Source: Deltaproteobacteria bacterium (GTDB lineage: Bacteria; Myxococcota_A; Polyangia; Polyangiales; Houyiibacteriaceae). Taken from it: DNA of 51,780 nucleotides. The position numbers were made by a program, and so were the translations under genes. The notes beneath the pieces were generated by a model. The model searched no databases. It was not told the origin of the DNA and saw nothing but the letters and a program-made list of their open reading frames with translations. This document shows, piece after piece, positions 19,886 through 29,802 of the stretch (position 1 is its first letter; the number at the start of each line of letters is the position of its first letter). The stretch spans positions 1 to 51,780 of the forward strand of contig JAXMNT010000055.1 of NCBI GenBank assembly GCA_034670305.1, in the 5' to 3' direction.

Positions 19886-21109
19886 ATGGCCGTCTTCGCA
19901 TGGAAGGGGATCAACGCGACCGGCAAGTCCGTCAAGGGCGTGAAGGACGCAGACAACCCCAAACAGCTGCGCTCCATCCTCAAGCGGGACGGGGTCCTGG
20001 TCACCGAAGTGCTCGAGCAGGCCGAGGCCGCGAAGAAACGCGCCAAGGACATCGACTTCAAGCGGTACTTCAACCGCGTCTCGACCCAAGACATCGCGCT
20101 GGTCACCCAGCAGCTCGCGGTGCTTCTGCGCTCCGGCATCCCGCTCGTCGAAGCGCTGACCGCGATGATCGACCAGCTCGAACACGAGGAGCTGCGCGCG
20201 GCGTTCACGGACACCCGCGACAAGGTCAACGAAGGCACGAGCTTCAACGATGCGTTGAAGAACCACCCGAAGTTCTTCCCGAAGCTCTACGTGAACATGG
20301 TCGCGGCCGGCGAAGCGTCCGGCAACTTGGAGGCGGTACTCCAGCGGCTCGCAGACTTCCTCGAGTCGCAGGCCAAACTCAAAGCCAAGGTCACCGCCGC
20401 CCTCGCCTACCCGGCGTTCATGGCGGTCGCGTCGCTGCTCATCATCGGTGTGATGATGACGGTGGTCGTTCCGAAGGTCACCGCGATCTTCCAGAGCTTC
20501 GACCAGGCGCTGCCTTGGTACACCGAGCTGCTGATCGGCACGAGCCACTTCGTCGGCAACTTCTGGTGGCTGATCATCGCGCTGACCGTCGGCGGCATCT
20601 ACGGGTTTCGAAGGTGGAAGGCGACCGAAGAGGGGCGCAAGAAGTGGGACAAGTTCGTCCTCAAGATCCCGCTCTTCGGCAAGCTGCTGCTGATGGTCGC
20701 GGTCTCGCGGTTCGCCCGCACCCTCGCGACGCTGCTCTCGAGCGGCGTGCCGGTACTGCAGGCGATGGAGATCACGCGCAACATCATCGGCAACACAGAG
20801 CTGATGCGGGTCATCGAAGACGCCCGCACGTCAGTGCGCGAAGGCGAAGGGCTCGCCAAACCGCTCAAGGCCAGCAAGGTCTTCCCGCCCATCGTCACCC
20901 ACATGATCGCGATCGGCGAGCGCTCCGGTCAGCTCGAAGAGATGCTCGAACACGTGGCGCGCGCCTACGACCAGCAGGTCGACGTGCGGGTCCAGGCGAT
21001 CACCTCGCTCATCGAGCCGGTGATCATCTTGGTCATGGGCGGCACGAGCGGCTTCATCGCGTTCTCCATCCTCATGCCGCTTCTCCAGATGAACGAGTTC
21101 ATCGGATGA
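19886..21109 (+). CDS. gspF: Type II secretion system inner membrane protein F
   Basis: QLAVLLRSGIPL, GEASGNL, ALAYP, GERSGQLEEML, LIEP. Confidence 0.95.
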   Translation: MAVFAWKGINATGKSVKGVKDADNPKQLRSILKRDGVLVTEVLEQAEAAKKRAKDIDFKRYFNRVSTQDIALVTQQLAVLLRSGIPLVEALTAMIDQLEHEELRAAFTDTRDKVNEGTSFNDALKNHPKFFPKLYVNMVAAGEASGNLEAVLQRLADFLESQAKLKAKVTAALAYPAFMAVASLLIIGVMMTVVVPKVTAIFQSFDQALPWYTELLIGTSHFVGNFWWLIIALTVGGIYGFRRWKATEEGRKKWDKFVLKIPLFGKLLLMVAVSRFARTLATLLSSGVPVLQAMEITRNIIGNTELMRVIEDARTSVREGEGLAKPLKASKVFPPIVTHMIAIGERSGQLEEMLEHVARAYDQQVDVRVQAITSLIEPVIILVMGGTSGFIAFSILMPLLQMNEFIG

Positions 21110-21180
21110 GCGCCCGGACGTACATCGGGGACATCGCGACGGCGCGCGGAATGCGACCCGTCGGAGAGGCGTCTTGATCC

Positions 21181-21603
21181 GTGGCGCGCAAACGCAGACG
21201 CAGCAACATCGCGTTGCCTTGGGAACGTCGCGGCAGCTGGAGACAGCTGCTGTCGGGATCCCGGTGGCGCACCGGACTGGCGATCGCGCTCTTCGCGCTT
21301 GTTGCCATCTCGATGTACGAGTTCTCGGACCGGCATCACCGCGAGCGCACCACGGGCGTCGCCATCACGGATGTGCGCCGAGCACTCGAACGTTTTCGTG
21401 CGCACGTTGGACGCTGTCCGCGGTCGACCACCGAGCTCGTCCACCCGCCGCGCTCCCACACCCGCTACATCCGCGAGATGCCGAAGGACGGCTGGGGCCG
21501 CGAGCTGCGGATCGAATGCCCTTCGACACGGGACCCCGACGAGGTCTCCGTGGTCTCCGCTGGACCCAGCGGTTCTTTTCTCGTCGACGACAACGTGCAG
21601 TGA
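21181..21603 (+). CDS. GspG-like protein lacking a prepilin cleavage motif
   Basis: GspG head motifs (ALERF..GRCP, PKDGWG, VSAGP) after a short TM; no G-F/M-T-L-x-E. Confidence 0.7.
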   Translation: MARKRRRSNIALPWERRGSWRQLLSGSRWRTGLAIALFALVAISMYEFSDRHHRERTTGVAITDVRRALERFRAHVGRCPRSTTELVHPPRSHTRYIREMPKDGWGRELRIECPSTRDPDEVSVVSAGPSGSFLVDDNVQ

Positions 21604-21666
21604 CTGCCCCCGTTTCTGCGTCCATCCCACCACACGCCCAAGATGAACGCGCCAAAGGTTGAACCC

Positions 21667-22155
21667 ATGAAGATCCGATCGCTCTCTCGTTCCCACACCC
21701 CCCATCGCAGTGACGCGCCTTCGCTTCGCTCGGCTTCGCCGCTGCGCCGTCGCGCCCGCCTGCTGCTCGGACGCAACGGCCGCCCGTCCTCGACCCTCGG
21801 CATGACCCTTGTCGAGATCATGGTCGTGGTCATCATCATCGTGCTCATCGCGACCGCGGTCGGTGTGGCCGTGATGCCGCAGTTCGAGAAGGCGCGCGTC
21901 AAGAGCACCATCACGGACGCCACCACGATCCGTTCGGCGGTGCAGCTCTACCGGCTCGACAACAACGACTGCCCGACGGTGGAAGAACTCGTCGAAGCCG
22001 ACACGATCGACCGCACCACGCGCACCGTCGATGCCTGGGAGAACGGCTTCGTCATCGAGTGCGAAGGCAACGACATCTACGTCGTCTCCGCGGGCCCCGA
22101 CGGACAGATGGGCACCGAGGACGACATCGACAACACCGGTCAGAGCGCCGAGTAA
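21667..22155 (+). CDS. gspG: Major pseudopilin G
   Basis: G|MTLVEIMVVV, DAWEN, SAGPDGQMGTEDDI. Start 21643 or 21667. Confidence 0.88.
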   Translation: MKIRSLSRSHTPHRSDAPSLRSASPLRRRARLLLGRNGRPSSTLGMTLVEIMVVVIIIVLIATAVGVAVMPQFEKARVKSTITDATTIRSAVQLYRLDNNDCPTVEELVEADTIDRTTRTVDAWENGFVIECEGNDIYVVSAGPDGQMGTEDDIDNTGQSAE

Positions 22156-22158
22156 CGC

Positions 22159-23022
22159 ATGAACGTTTCCCCACAGATGGCCCGCTCGAAGGCGGGTTGC
22201 CGGCCGCGCACGCCCCCACGCGTGCGGCGGGCCGAGCTGTGGGGTCGTCGGTCTGCGGCCAGGTCGACGGGTCGCACCCTGGACGTGCTCGCGGGTCGCG
22301 ATCGGTCCGAGGCTGGTCTCACCCTCATCGAGATCATGATCGTCGTCGCGATCTTCGCGCTGGTCGCGACGGGCGTCAGCATGGGCGTGGGCGCGCTGTA
22401 CCGGACTCAGCTCCGGAGCTCCGCTGTCGACATCGCGTCCGCCGCGCGGTTCGCCTACCACCGCTCGGTGGTTCGTTCGAGCACGGTTCGGATCGTCTTG
22501 GACATGGACGCGCACACGATCTCGGTGGAAGAAGCCCACGGCGACATCACGCTCGACATGAGCGAGAACCGCGAGGTCGGGGAAGACGACCAGTCCGCCG
22601 TCGATCCTTGGGCCGCCGCCGAAGCGGAGCTCGGGCAGTCCCAGCAGGCCCACGTCGGCCGGTCCGCGTTCGCGATCATTGCGGACGACGACGGCGAACC
22701 GCTGGCCCGCTACTCGCCCCGGCGCTTCCCGGTCACCGACAGCCGCGTGGTCCCGCCGGAAGGCCCCGCAGGCACCGCGAACGTGCGCATCACCCGTCTC
22801 TTCTCTCCGCACGAAGAAGAGCCGCGCGAGAGCGGCAAGGGGTACATCTACTTCTTCGCGGGCGGACTGGCGGAACACGCCGTCGTCCAGATCACCGACG
22901 AGAACGACAACGTCTACTCGGTGGAGATTCAACCGTTGACCGGCCGCGGCAAGGTGTACTCCTACGCCTACGAACCGGAAGACCTGGACGACGAAGACGA
23001 GGACCTCCGTGACCCGGGCTGA
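22159..23022 (+). CDS. gspH: Minor pseudopilin H
   Basis: G|LTLIEIMIVV, C-terminal PLTGR; operon position. Confidence 0.8.
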   Translation: MNVSPQMARSKAGCRPRTPPRVRRAELWGRRSAARSTGRTLDVLAGRDRSEAGLTLIEIMIVVAIFALVATGVSMGVGALYRTQLRSSAVDIASAARFAYHRSVVRSSTVRIVLDMDAHTISVEEAHGDITLDMSENREVGEDDQSAVDPWAAAEAELGQSQQAHVGRSAFAIIADDDGEPLARYSPRRFPVTDSRVVPPEGPAGTANVRITRLFSPHEEEPRESGKGYIYFFAGGLAEHAVVQITDENDNVYSVEIQPLTGRGKVYSYAYEPEDLDDEDEDLRDPG

Positions 23023-23662
23023 CGCTGCCTCGCGCCTCGTCGCGAAACGGTGGACCCGCCGCATCAGCGCAGGGTTCACGCTGCTCGAAGTCATGGTCAG
23101 CGTGGCCATTCTCGCGGTCGCGCTCACCGCGATCTTCTCGAGCGAAGCGCAGGCCATCCGCGTGGCCCGCCGCTCACAGCAGTTGAACATCGCGACCTTG
23201 CTCGCGCGCTGCAAGATGAACGAGATCGAAGAGCAGATCGCGAAGGACGGGCTGCCCGCTGTCAACGACTCGGGGCAGGACGGTTGCTGCGAAGGCGCCG
23301 AGGTGGAGAACTTCCAGTGCGAGTGGTCGCTCGACCGCATCGTCTTGCCGGACGACACCAGCGCCTACTCGGACGACGAAGAGGGCGGCGACGCGCTCGG
23401 CAGCCTCGTGGGCGACGAAGGCGCACAGACTTCTGCGCTGGATGGACTGCTCGGTGGCGACACGAGCGGCGGCGGACTCGGGGGTGGCGGATTCACCGAC
23501 ATGGCCCTCTCCATCGCGTTCCCCGTGCTCAAGCCGTCGATCGAAGAGCAGGTCCGCCGCGCGGACGTGAAGGTCATCTGGCACGACGGCGAACAAGAAC
23601 ACAGCTTCGACGTGATGCAGTTCTTGGTCGCGGAACAACCCCCGCGGGAAGAGGACATCTGA
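23009..23662 (+). CDS. gspI: Minor pseudopilin I
   Basis: G|FTLLEVMVSVAILA, ATLLARCKM; operon position. Confidence 0.82.
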   Translation: MTRADAASRLVAKRWTRRISAGFTLLEVMVSVAILAVALTAIFSSEAQAIRVARRSQQLNIATLLARCKMNEIEEQIAKDGLPAVNDSGQDGCCEGAEVENFQCEWSLDRIVLPDDTSAYSDDEEGGDALGSLVGDEGAQTSALDGLLGGDTSGGGLGGGGFTDMALSIAFPVLKPSIEEQVRRADVKVIWHDGEQEHSFDVMQFLVAEQPPREEDI

Positions 23663-24375
23663 TGCCCTCTCGTTTCTCGAACCGCGCCCGAACCCAAGCC
23701 GGCGTCACCCTGGTCGAAGCGCTCGTGGCCATCGCGATCCTGGCGATCGTCACCGCGCTGATCTGGGGTGGCTATGCCCAGACCGCGCGCAACAAGGCGC
23801 GGGTCGAAGCCGACCTCGACCGGCACCACATGGTGCAGGGCGCGCTGATGCGGCTCACACGCGAGCTGAGCATGGCGTACGTGTCGGCGCAGATGAACCC
23901 GAGCCCGTCGCTCCAGTCCATGCAGACCATCTTCGTCGGGACCGACCGCTCCGGCGGCGACCGAATCGACTTCAACTCGTTCTCTCACCGGCGCCTGGTG
24001 CGCGATGCGCACGAGAGCGACCAGAACGAGCTGAGCTATTTCCTCACCGCGCACCCGGACGACTCGAGGCGAAAGGTGCTCGCGCGCCGGGAACAACACC
24101 GCGTCGACGACCGCCCCGATCGCGGCGGCCGGGTGCAGATGCTGGTGGACGACGTGGTCGACTTCCAGCTCGAGTACCTCGACCCACTCTCGGGCGAATG
24201 GGTCACGCGGTGGGATACGACGCAGGCCGCGGGCCAACCCAACCGGCTCCCCTCCCAGGTGAAGATCATCCTGACCGTGCCGCACCCGAACATCCGAGGG
24301 CGCAACGTGACCTATGGCACCCGTGCGGATGTGCCCATTCGCTACGGCCTCAACCACGCCGTCTACAACCCCTGA
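23662..24375 (+). CDS. gspJ: Minor pseudopilin J
   Basis: TGATG coupling; G|VTLVEALVAIAIL; W..RWDT...LPSQVKI. Confidence 0.85.
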   Translation: MPSRFSNRARTQAGVTLVEALVAIAILAIVTALIWGGYAQTARNKARVEADLDRHHMVQGALMRLTRELSMAYVSAQMNPSPSLQSMQTIFVGTDRSGGDRIDFNSFSHRRLVRDAHESDQNELSYFLTAHPDDSRRKVLARREQHRVDDRPDRGGRVQMLVDDVVDFQLEYLDPLSGEWVTRWDTTQAAGQPNRLPSQVKIILTVPHPNIRGRNVTYGTRADVPIRYGLNHAVYNP

Positions 24376-24401
24376 AACCTGACCGAACTCCTTTCCACCC
24401 C

Positions 24402-25877
24402 ATGAACTTCCCCCTCCACGCATCGACCGACGCCCGCGGCTTCCGCCGTGCGCGCAGGCGTCCGCGTGCGGTCGAAGGCGCGCAGCGTCGGGGGTGGTTC
24501 GGTCGACAGCAGCGGTCCCGCATCCATGTCGGCAAACGCCGACAGGGCATGGCGCTCATCCTCGCGATCACCGCGATCGCGATCCTCTCGGTGGTGCTCG
24601 CCGACATGCACGAGTCGACGAGCATGTCGCTCGCGATCGCCGCCACCCAGCGCGATCAACTGCGCGCGGAGTACATGGCGAAGAGCGGCCTGAACCTGAC
24701 GCGGCTGCTGGTGGCCAAGGAGCCGGAGGTTCGCCGGGTGGCGGCGCCGCTCTACCAGGCGCTCATGGGGCGCCCGCCGCCCATGCTCCCAGTCTGGAAC
24801 ATCGCGAGCGACCTGCTTCAACCGTTCTGCAACTACGAGCGGGTCCGGAGTTCGAGCAGCGCGGGCATCGACTTCGGGAGCGCGGAGGGACTCGGCGAGA
24901 CCAATGGCACCTGCGAGATCATCTCGTTCGCGGAGAACTCCAAGATCAACGTCAACGCCCCGCTGAACTTCTCGGGCGACCGCGCGCGGCGGAGCATCGC
25001 GATGCAGCTCTTCGCGATGATGGGCGGCTACCAGGAGCAGAGCCCCTACGACCCGCTCTTCGCCAACCGCGACCGCGACGGTCAGTTCACGAGCCGCCTC
25101 GATGCGGTCGGCGCCATCATCGACTGGTGGGACTACGACACCGACCGCACCGTGTTCGATCCAGGCCGCGCCGAGGTCACCACGAGCGGCACCGAAGACG
25201 ACATCTACCGCCGCCTCGACGACGCGTACGAACCGAAGAACGCCCCGTTCGACTCACTCGAGGAGCTGCGTCTCGTCCGCGGCGTCGGCGACGACTTCTG
25301 GGCGACGTTCGTCGAACCGCGCCCGGGCGACCCGCAAGCGCGCATCGTCACCATCTACGGCTCCGGCTCGGTGAACCCGAACGAAGCGCCGCCCGAGGTG
25401 CTGCTCGCCCGACTCTGTTCCTACATGGAGAACGAAGCCATCTGCCGGGACCCGGCGGAGGCGGCCAAGTTCATCCAGCTCCTCAACACCGCGCGCGGCA
25501 TGATCCCGGTGCCGTTCTTCACCCGCGTGCACGACTTCTTGCACTTCGTCGAAGGCCGCGGTGGCCCCCGCGATCTCTACCCGATGCTGCAGGGGTTCCT
25601 CGGACCCGACAGCGCCCTTCTGTTCACGCCCGCCACCATTCCCGCGCAGCACCGCACCGAGATCGACAACTCGTTCGTGACCGCCGCGCGCATCCTCACC
25701 ATTCAATCCATCGGCCGCTCCGGTTGTCGCCGGGAAGAAGAAGGCGAATGCATCGCGTACCGCGGTGAAGTTCGCATCGAAGCGGTGGTCAACTTCCACG
25801 AACGCTGGACGCCTCCCCCGCCAAACGCGGGCGGCATGCCAGGGCTCGGGATCTTCCACTACTACCACGTGGAGTAG
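24402..25877 (+). CDS. gspK: Minor pseudopilin K
   Basis: RQG|MALILAI (no E5, as expected for K); ENSKINVN, IIDWWD, PKNAPFDSLEELRLVRGV, VNPNEA. Confidence 0.88.
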   Translation: MNFPLHASTDARGFRRARRRPRAVEGAQRRGWFGRQQRSRIHVGKRRQGMALILAITAIAILSVVLADMHESTSMSLAIAATQRDQLRAEYMAKSGLNLTRLLVAKEPEVRRVAAPLYQALMGRPPPMLPVWNIASDLLQPFCNYERVRSSSSAGIDFGSAEGLGETNGTCEIISFAENSKINVNAPLNFSGDRARRSIAMQLFAMMGGYQEQSPYDPLFANRDRDGQFTSRLDAVGAIIDWWDYDTDRTVFDPGRAEVTTSGTEDDIYRRLDDAYEPKNAPFDSLEELRLVRGVGDDFWATFVEPRPGDPQARIVTIYGSGSVNPNEAPPEVLLARLCSYMENEAICRDPAEAAKFIQLLNTARGMIPVPFFTRVHDFLHFVEGRGGPRDLYPMLQGFLGPDSALLFTPATIPAQHRTEIDNSFVTAARILTIQSIGRSGCRREEEGECIAYRGEVRIEAVVNFHERWTPPPPNAGGMPGLGIFHYYHVE

Positions 25878-25886
25878 CGCTCTCTC

Positions 25887-27479
25887 ATGGCACGCATTCT
25901 CGGAATCGACATTCAACCTGGAGCCGTCCACGCGACGCTCGTGCGTTCCGTATTTCGGACCACGGAAGTCCTCCAGTACCTGGAGCTGCGTCGTCCGCCC
26001 CGGCGCACGTCCGCGCCGCCGGTCGCGCCTGTGGTGCCGGTTGAACCTCGGGCACCGCGGCTGGACCTGGCGGATGGGTCCGCGGAGCCGCCGCCGGACG
26101 CTGGCCACGCGCCGGTGGAATCGGACGAGTCGCTGCTCGGCATCATCCGCTCGCTGGTCGACAGCATCACCCCGCCGCCCGACCAGATCATCGTCTCGCT
26201 GGACGGACGGGAAGCCTCGATGCGGTCGGTGAACTTGCCGCTGGGCGCTGCGAAGCGGCTCGCCGAAGTCTTGCCGTTCGAGCTCGATGAGAAGATCCCC
26301 TTCGACGTCACCGAGACGGTCGTCGAGTACCAAGAGATCGCCCGGCACGAGACCACCCTCGACGTGCTCGCCGCGGTGGTGCCCCGCACCAAGGTCACGA
26401 GTTTTCTCTCGGAGCTCAAAGACTCGGGCATCGACCCGGTCGAGATCGCCATCGGTGCCGCCGCCCTCGACGGATTGGCCCAGGTCATGCCGGAGCTCGC
26501 CGGGCCGGGACCCCACCTGCTCGTCGACGTGCAGGCGGACCGCACCGATGTGTGCGTCCTGCAAGCGGGGCGGTGTTCGTTCGCGCGCACGCTCGGCAAA
26601 GGTGTCGCGGCCTACAACGACGGGTCGCTCGGTCCGGTGATCAAACGAACGGTCGCAGCCTACCTGGCCGCCGGCGGCGAGCCCGCCGTGACCGCCCGGC
26701 TCTCGGGCTGGCTCGCGGTGGACGAGAGCGCGCCCGTATGGCTGACCCAGGTGCTCGGCATCGAGGCGGTCGCGATCCAGCTGCCCGAAGCGCCTGGCAA
26801 CCCAGACCGCAGGCCGGTCTTCGCCCACGCGACCGCCCTGGCCGCACGGGTCGGCGGCAAAGCGCGGCGGCTGAACATTCGCCGCGGCGAGTTCGCCCAT
26901 GCCCGCGCCCGCGGCGCGATGCGCACCCACATGCGGCTGCTCGCGATCTGCGCGGTGCCCATCCTGCTCAGTTTTCTCTTCGCCATCTGGGCCCGCTACT
27001 CCGTGCTCTCGGACGAACAGGCGGCGCTCGAAGAGCAGCTGGCCGAGGTCACCGCGCGCGTGTTCGATCGAGAGACCCGCAGCGCGGTCGAAGCCCGAGA
27101 GCTGCTCATCGGCGGACGACGGGTCGCCGACCCACTGCCTCGTTTCACCGCCTACGACGTGCTCGACGCGATCAGCGCCGCGGTGCCGAGCGACATCACC
27201 CACGACACCCGGAGACTCACGATCGAAATCGACGACCAGGCGCGCGAAGGGACCTTCGAGATCCAGGGCGTGGTGGCGAGCATCGCCGAGCGCGACGCGA
27301 TCGCCGCCAACTTCGAGTCCCACGAGTGCTTCAATGAGATCAAACCCGGACCCGTCTCCCCCGGGCCTGGCAACGAAGGCGTGAACTACCGACTGGAGGC
27401 GACGGTGCATTGCCCCGGCGACGAACCGGTCGAAACCGAAGAGAGCTCGCGGAGCAGTCGGAGGCGTCGTGGCCGTTGA
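25887..27479 (+). CDS. gspL: Type II secretion system protein L (PilM/actin-like domain plus TM)
   Basis: MARILGIDI, LPFELDEKIPF, LNIRRGEFA followed by a TM and a periplasmic domain. Confidence 0.82.
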   Translation: MARILGIDIQPGAVHATLVRSVFRTTEVLQYLELRRPPRRTSAPPVAPVVPVEPRAPRLDLADGSAEPPPDAGHAPVESDESLLGIIRSLVDSITPPPDQIIVSLDGREASMRSVNLPLGAAKRLAEVLPFELDEKIPFDVTETVVEYQEIARHETTLDVLAAVVPRTKVTSFLSELKDSGIDPVEIAIGAAALDGLAQVMPELAGPGPHLLVDVQADRTDVCVLQAGRCSFARTLGKGVAAYNDGSLGPVIKRTVAAYLAAGGEPAVTARLSGWLAVDESAPVWLTQVLGIEAVAIQLPEAPGNPDRRPVFAHATALAARVGGKARRLNIRRGEFAHARARGAMRTHMRLLAICAVPILLSFLFAIWARYSVLSDEQAALEEQLAEVTARVFDRETRSAVEARELLIGGRRVADPLPRFTAYDVLDAISAAVPSDITHDTRRLTIEIDDQAREGTFEIQGVVASIAERDAIAANFESHECFNEIKPGPVSPGPGNEGVNYRLEATVHCPGDEPVETEESSRSSRRRRGR

Positions 27480-28107
27480 TGTATTGAGCCGAGCGCAGAA
27501 CGCGTTCGAGAACCTGAACGCCCGCGAGCGGGTGTTCATCCTCGCCCTCGGTGGGGTGGTGGTCGCGATGATCGTCGCGCTGCCGCTCTATCTGTTGGCG
27601 AGTTCGATCTCCGACATGAAGGACGACAACCGACAGATCTCACTGGTGCTTCGGGACATCAGCCGCGCGCGTGGCACCCTCGCCCAGCGGCAGGCCGAAC
27701 GGCAGGCCGCGAGCGCGCGCTACGCCAACCCCGCGCCGCCGCTCGGGAGTTTTCTCGAGGCCGAGGCCACGGGCCAGTCGTTGAGCCTGCGCGAGGTGAC
27801 CGACCAACCCGAGAAGGTCATCGGGGAGTTTCGCCGCCGGAACGTTCGAGCGACGCTCCCGAGCGTGGAACTGCGGCCGGCCGTCAAGCTGCTGACCGCG
27901 ATCGAGAACAGCGAGTACCCGGTCGCGCTCGAGCGGATCCAGATCGAACACTTTCGTGGCGGGGACGCCTACAACGTCAGCCTCGGTGTGATCGCCTACG
28001 ACCAGACCGCACCCGCGGAAGCCGAGGCAGAGGAAGAGTCGAGCCCCGCGGAGCGGCGGCGGCGGCGCCGCGAACAAGCCGGCATGGCGGGACCGCCCGC
28101 CCCATGA
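27469..28107 (+). CDS. gspM: Type II secretion system protein M
   Basis: LNARER then TM and coiled coil; lies between L and N. Confidence 0.78.
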   Translation: MAVDVLSRAQNAFENLNARERVFILALGGVVVAMIVALPLYLLASSISDMKDDNRQISLVLRDISRARGTLAQRQAERQAASARYANPAPPLGSFLEAEATGQSLSLREVTDQPEKVIGEFRRRNVRATLPSVELRPAVKLLTAIENSEYPVALERIQIEHFRGGDAYNVSLGVIAYDQTAPAEAEAEEESSPAERRRRRREQAGMAGPPAP

Positions 28108-28132
28108 GCCGCATTTCGCACAAGGCAGAATC

Positions 28133-29134
28133 ATGGCGATGAATCCGAAACTCGTGAAGGTCGCAAAGTGGGTGGGGTACCCGAGCTTCTTTCTCGTCTC
28201 GTTCCTGCTCTGCGCGTACTGGACGTTTCCGTACGAGCGGGTGAAGGACTTCCTCATCCAGCAGGTCGAGTACCCGAAGAGCGGCCGCGGACGCGAAGCC
28301 AGCGGCTTCCAGCTCGAGATCGGGTCGCTCGAACCGAGCTGGATCACCGGCGTGGAGCTGACCGGGGTACGCCTCGTGAAGATGCCGGAGACCGCCGAGG
28401 AGCGGGCCACCGACGTCGCCATTCCGCGTGCCCACGCCCGCATCGGGTTGCTCGCGCTGCTCGGCGGCACCGTCTCGGCCACGTTCGATGCGGACGTGGC
28501 CGGCGGCACGATCGAAGGCGCGTACGAAGAGAGCACCGAACGGTTGCACGTCGACGCAGCGCTCGAGGCGGTGCGGCTCAACCGCATCTCCATCCTGCGC
28601 AGCTACTTCAGCTTGCCGATCAAAGGGCAGCTCGGCGGGACGGTCGATCTGACCATCGCAGAGGAGCAAGCGGACACCGAGGGCTCGCTCGATCTGCGGA
28701 TGACCGACGCGACGGTGGGAGACGGCCAAGCCAAACTCAAGTTCGGTGACATGCGAGATGGCGTGACCGTTGAGGAGGTCGCCGTCGGGACGCTGGCGAT
28801 CGCGGGCGAGGTCGGCGACGAAGGCGTGATGGAGCTGTCCCGGCTTCAAGGCCGCGGCGACGACGTGCAGATCGATGGCGCCGGGAGCATTCGTTTCAAC
28901 CGCCGAATCACCAGCTCGCGGATCGACGTCCTGCTGCGCCTGGCGTTCTCGGAAGCCTACCGGGAGGGCAACCCCCGGACGGGCGCGATGTTCGGCATCC
29001 TCGATCTCGACCCAAGGCTTCGGGCCGCCAAGACCCCGGACGGCTCCGCGATCCAGCTCCGCATCACCGGCGCGGGTTCCCGCATCAATGCGCGGCCGGC
29101 CGGTCGAGAGCCGGCCCCACCCGGAACCCAGTAG
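28133..29134 (+). CDS. gspN: Type II secretion system protein N
   Basis: N-terminal TM ending WTFPYER; beta-rich body; last gene of the operon. Confidence 0.8.
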   Translation: MAMNPKLVKVAKWVGYPSFFLVSFLLCAYWTFPYERVKDFLIQQVEYPKSGRGREASGFQLEIGSLEPSWITGVELTGVRLVKMPETAEERATDVAIPRAHARIGLLALLGGTVSATFDADVAGGTIEGAYEESTERLHVDAALEAVRLNRISILRSYFSLPIKGQLGGTVDLTIAEEQADTEGSLDLRMTDATVGDGQAKLKFGDMRDGVTVEEVAVGTLAIAGEVGDEGVMELSRLQGRGDDVQIDGAGSIRFNRRITSSRIDVLLRLAFSEAYREGNPRTGAMFGILDLDPRLRAAKTPDGSAIQLRITGAGSRINARPAGREPAPPGTQ

Positions 29135-29200
29135 CGGACCCAGGTGCACCGGTCAGCGGCTCGATCTCGGGCAGCCACGATCGGGGCGCCCGTGGTATGA

Positions 29201-29659
29201 GTGAGGGTCATGGATGAGCTGGGCTGGCTGCGGGTATTGAGGGAAGTCTTCGAACGCGACGACACGGGTGTGCCGGATGCGCTCCGGTCGATGGCCGGGG
29301 TCGAAGCGCTCGGCTGGGTGCTCTCGGTGGAGTTCGGCCCCTCGTCGCTCGAGAAGCTGCAACCCCTGGTGGACACCCCCGGCGGCGAGCGGATCTACCA
29401 CGCCGCGGTCGCCCTCACCCAGGCTCCGCCGCACGCCAGCAAACGCACGTTCGAGGATGCCGGCGAGACCGCGCCGACCGGCCATCAGGCGGCGCGCTAC
29501 CTGACGAAACTCCGCGACTACGCCACGAAGGGCGAGAAAGACCGCCATTGGTTCTACCAAGACGGCAAGCTGTACTCGGTGGACCGCCGCGGTCGGGTGG
29601 CCCGGGAGATCGACGACGCCGATACGTTTGCCAGGGCTCTGGCAGCGGCCCTGAGTTGA
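29201..29659 (+). CDS. Hypothetical protein
   Basis: 152-aa ORF with typical high-GC codon pattern; no recognised motif. Confidence 0.6.
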   Translation: MRVMDELGWLRVLREVFERDDTGVPDALRSMAGVEALGWVLSVEFGPSSLEKLQPLVDTPGGERIYHAAVALTQAPPHASKRTFEDAGETAPTGHQAARYLTKLRDYATKGEKDRHWFYQDGKLYSVDRRGRVAREIDDADTFARALAAALS

Positions 29660-29802
29660 GGTGGACGGCCGGTGCGGCAATCCGTTGTGAAGGACGTATC
29701 CAGCGGCCGCTGCGACGGCCGAAGACGGCACCGCTGGCGCCGAGGCGCCCCCTGCCCCACACCTGTGGTCTGATCCCGCGCTCCAACCTGTCCTGACCTG
29801 AG

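Noticed and set aside
21099-21180. Possible small gene after gspF (ATG overlapping the stop)
   Set aside because: Only about 23 codons with no motif; cannot be supported.
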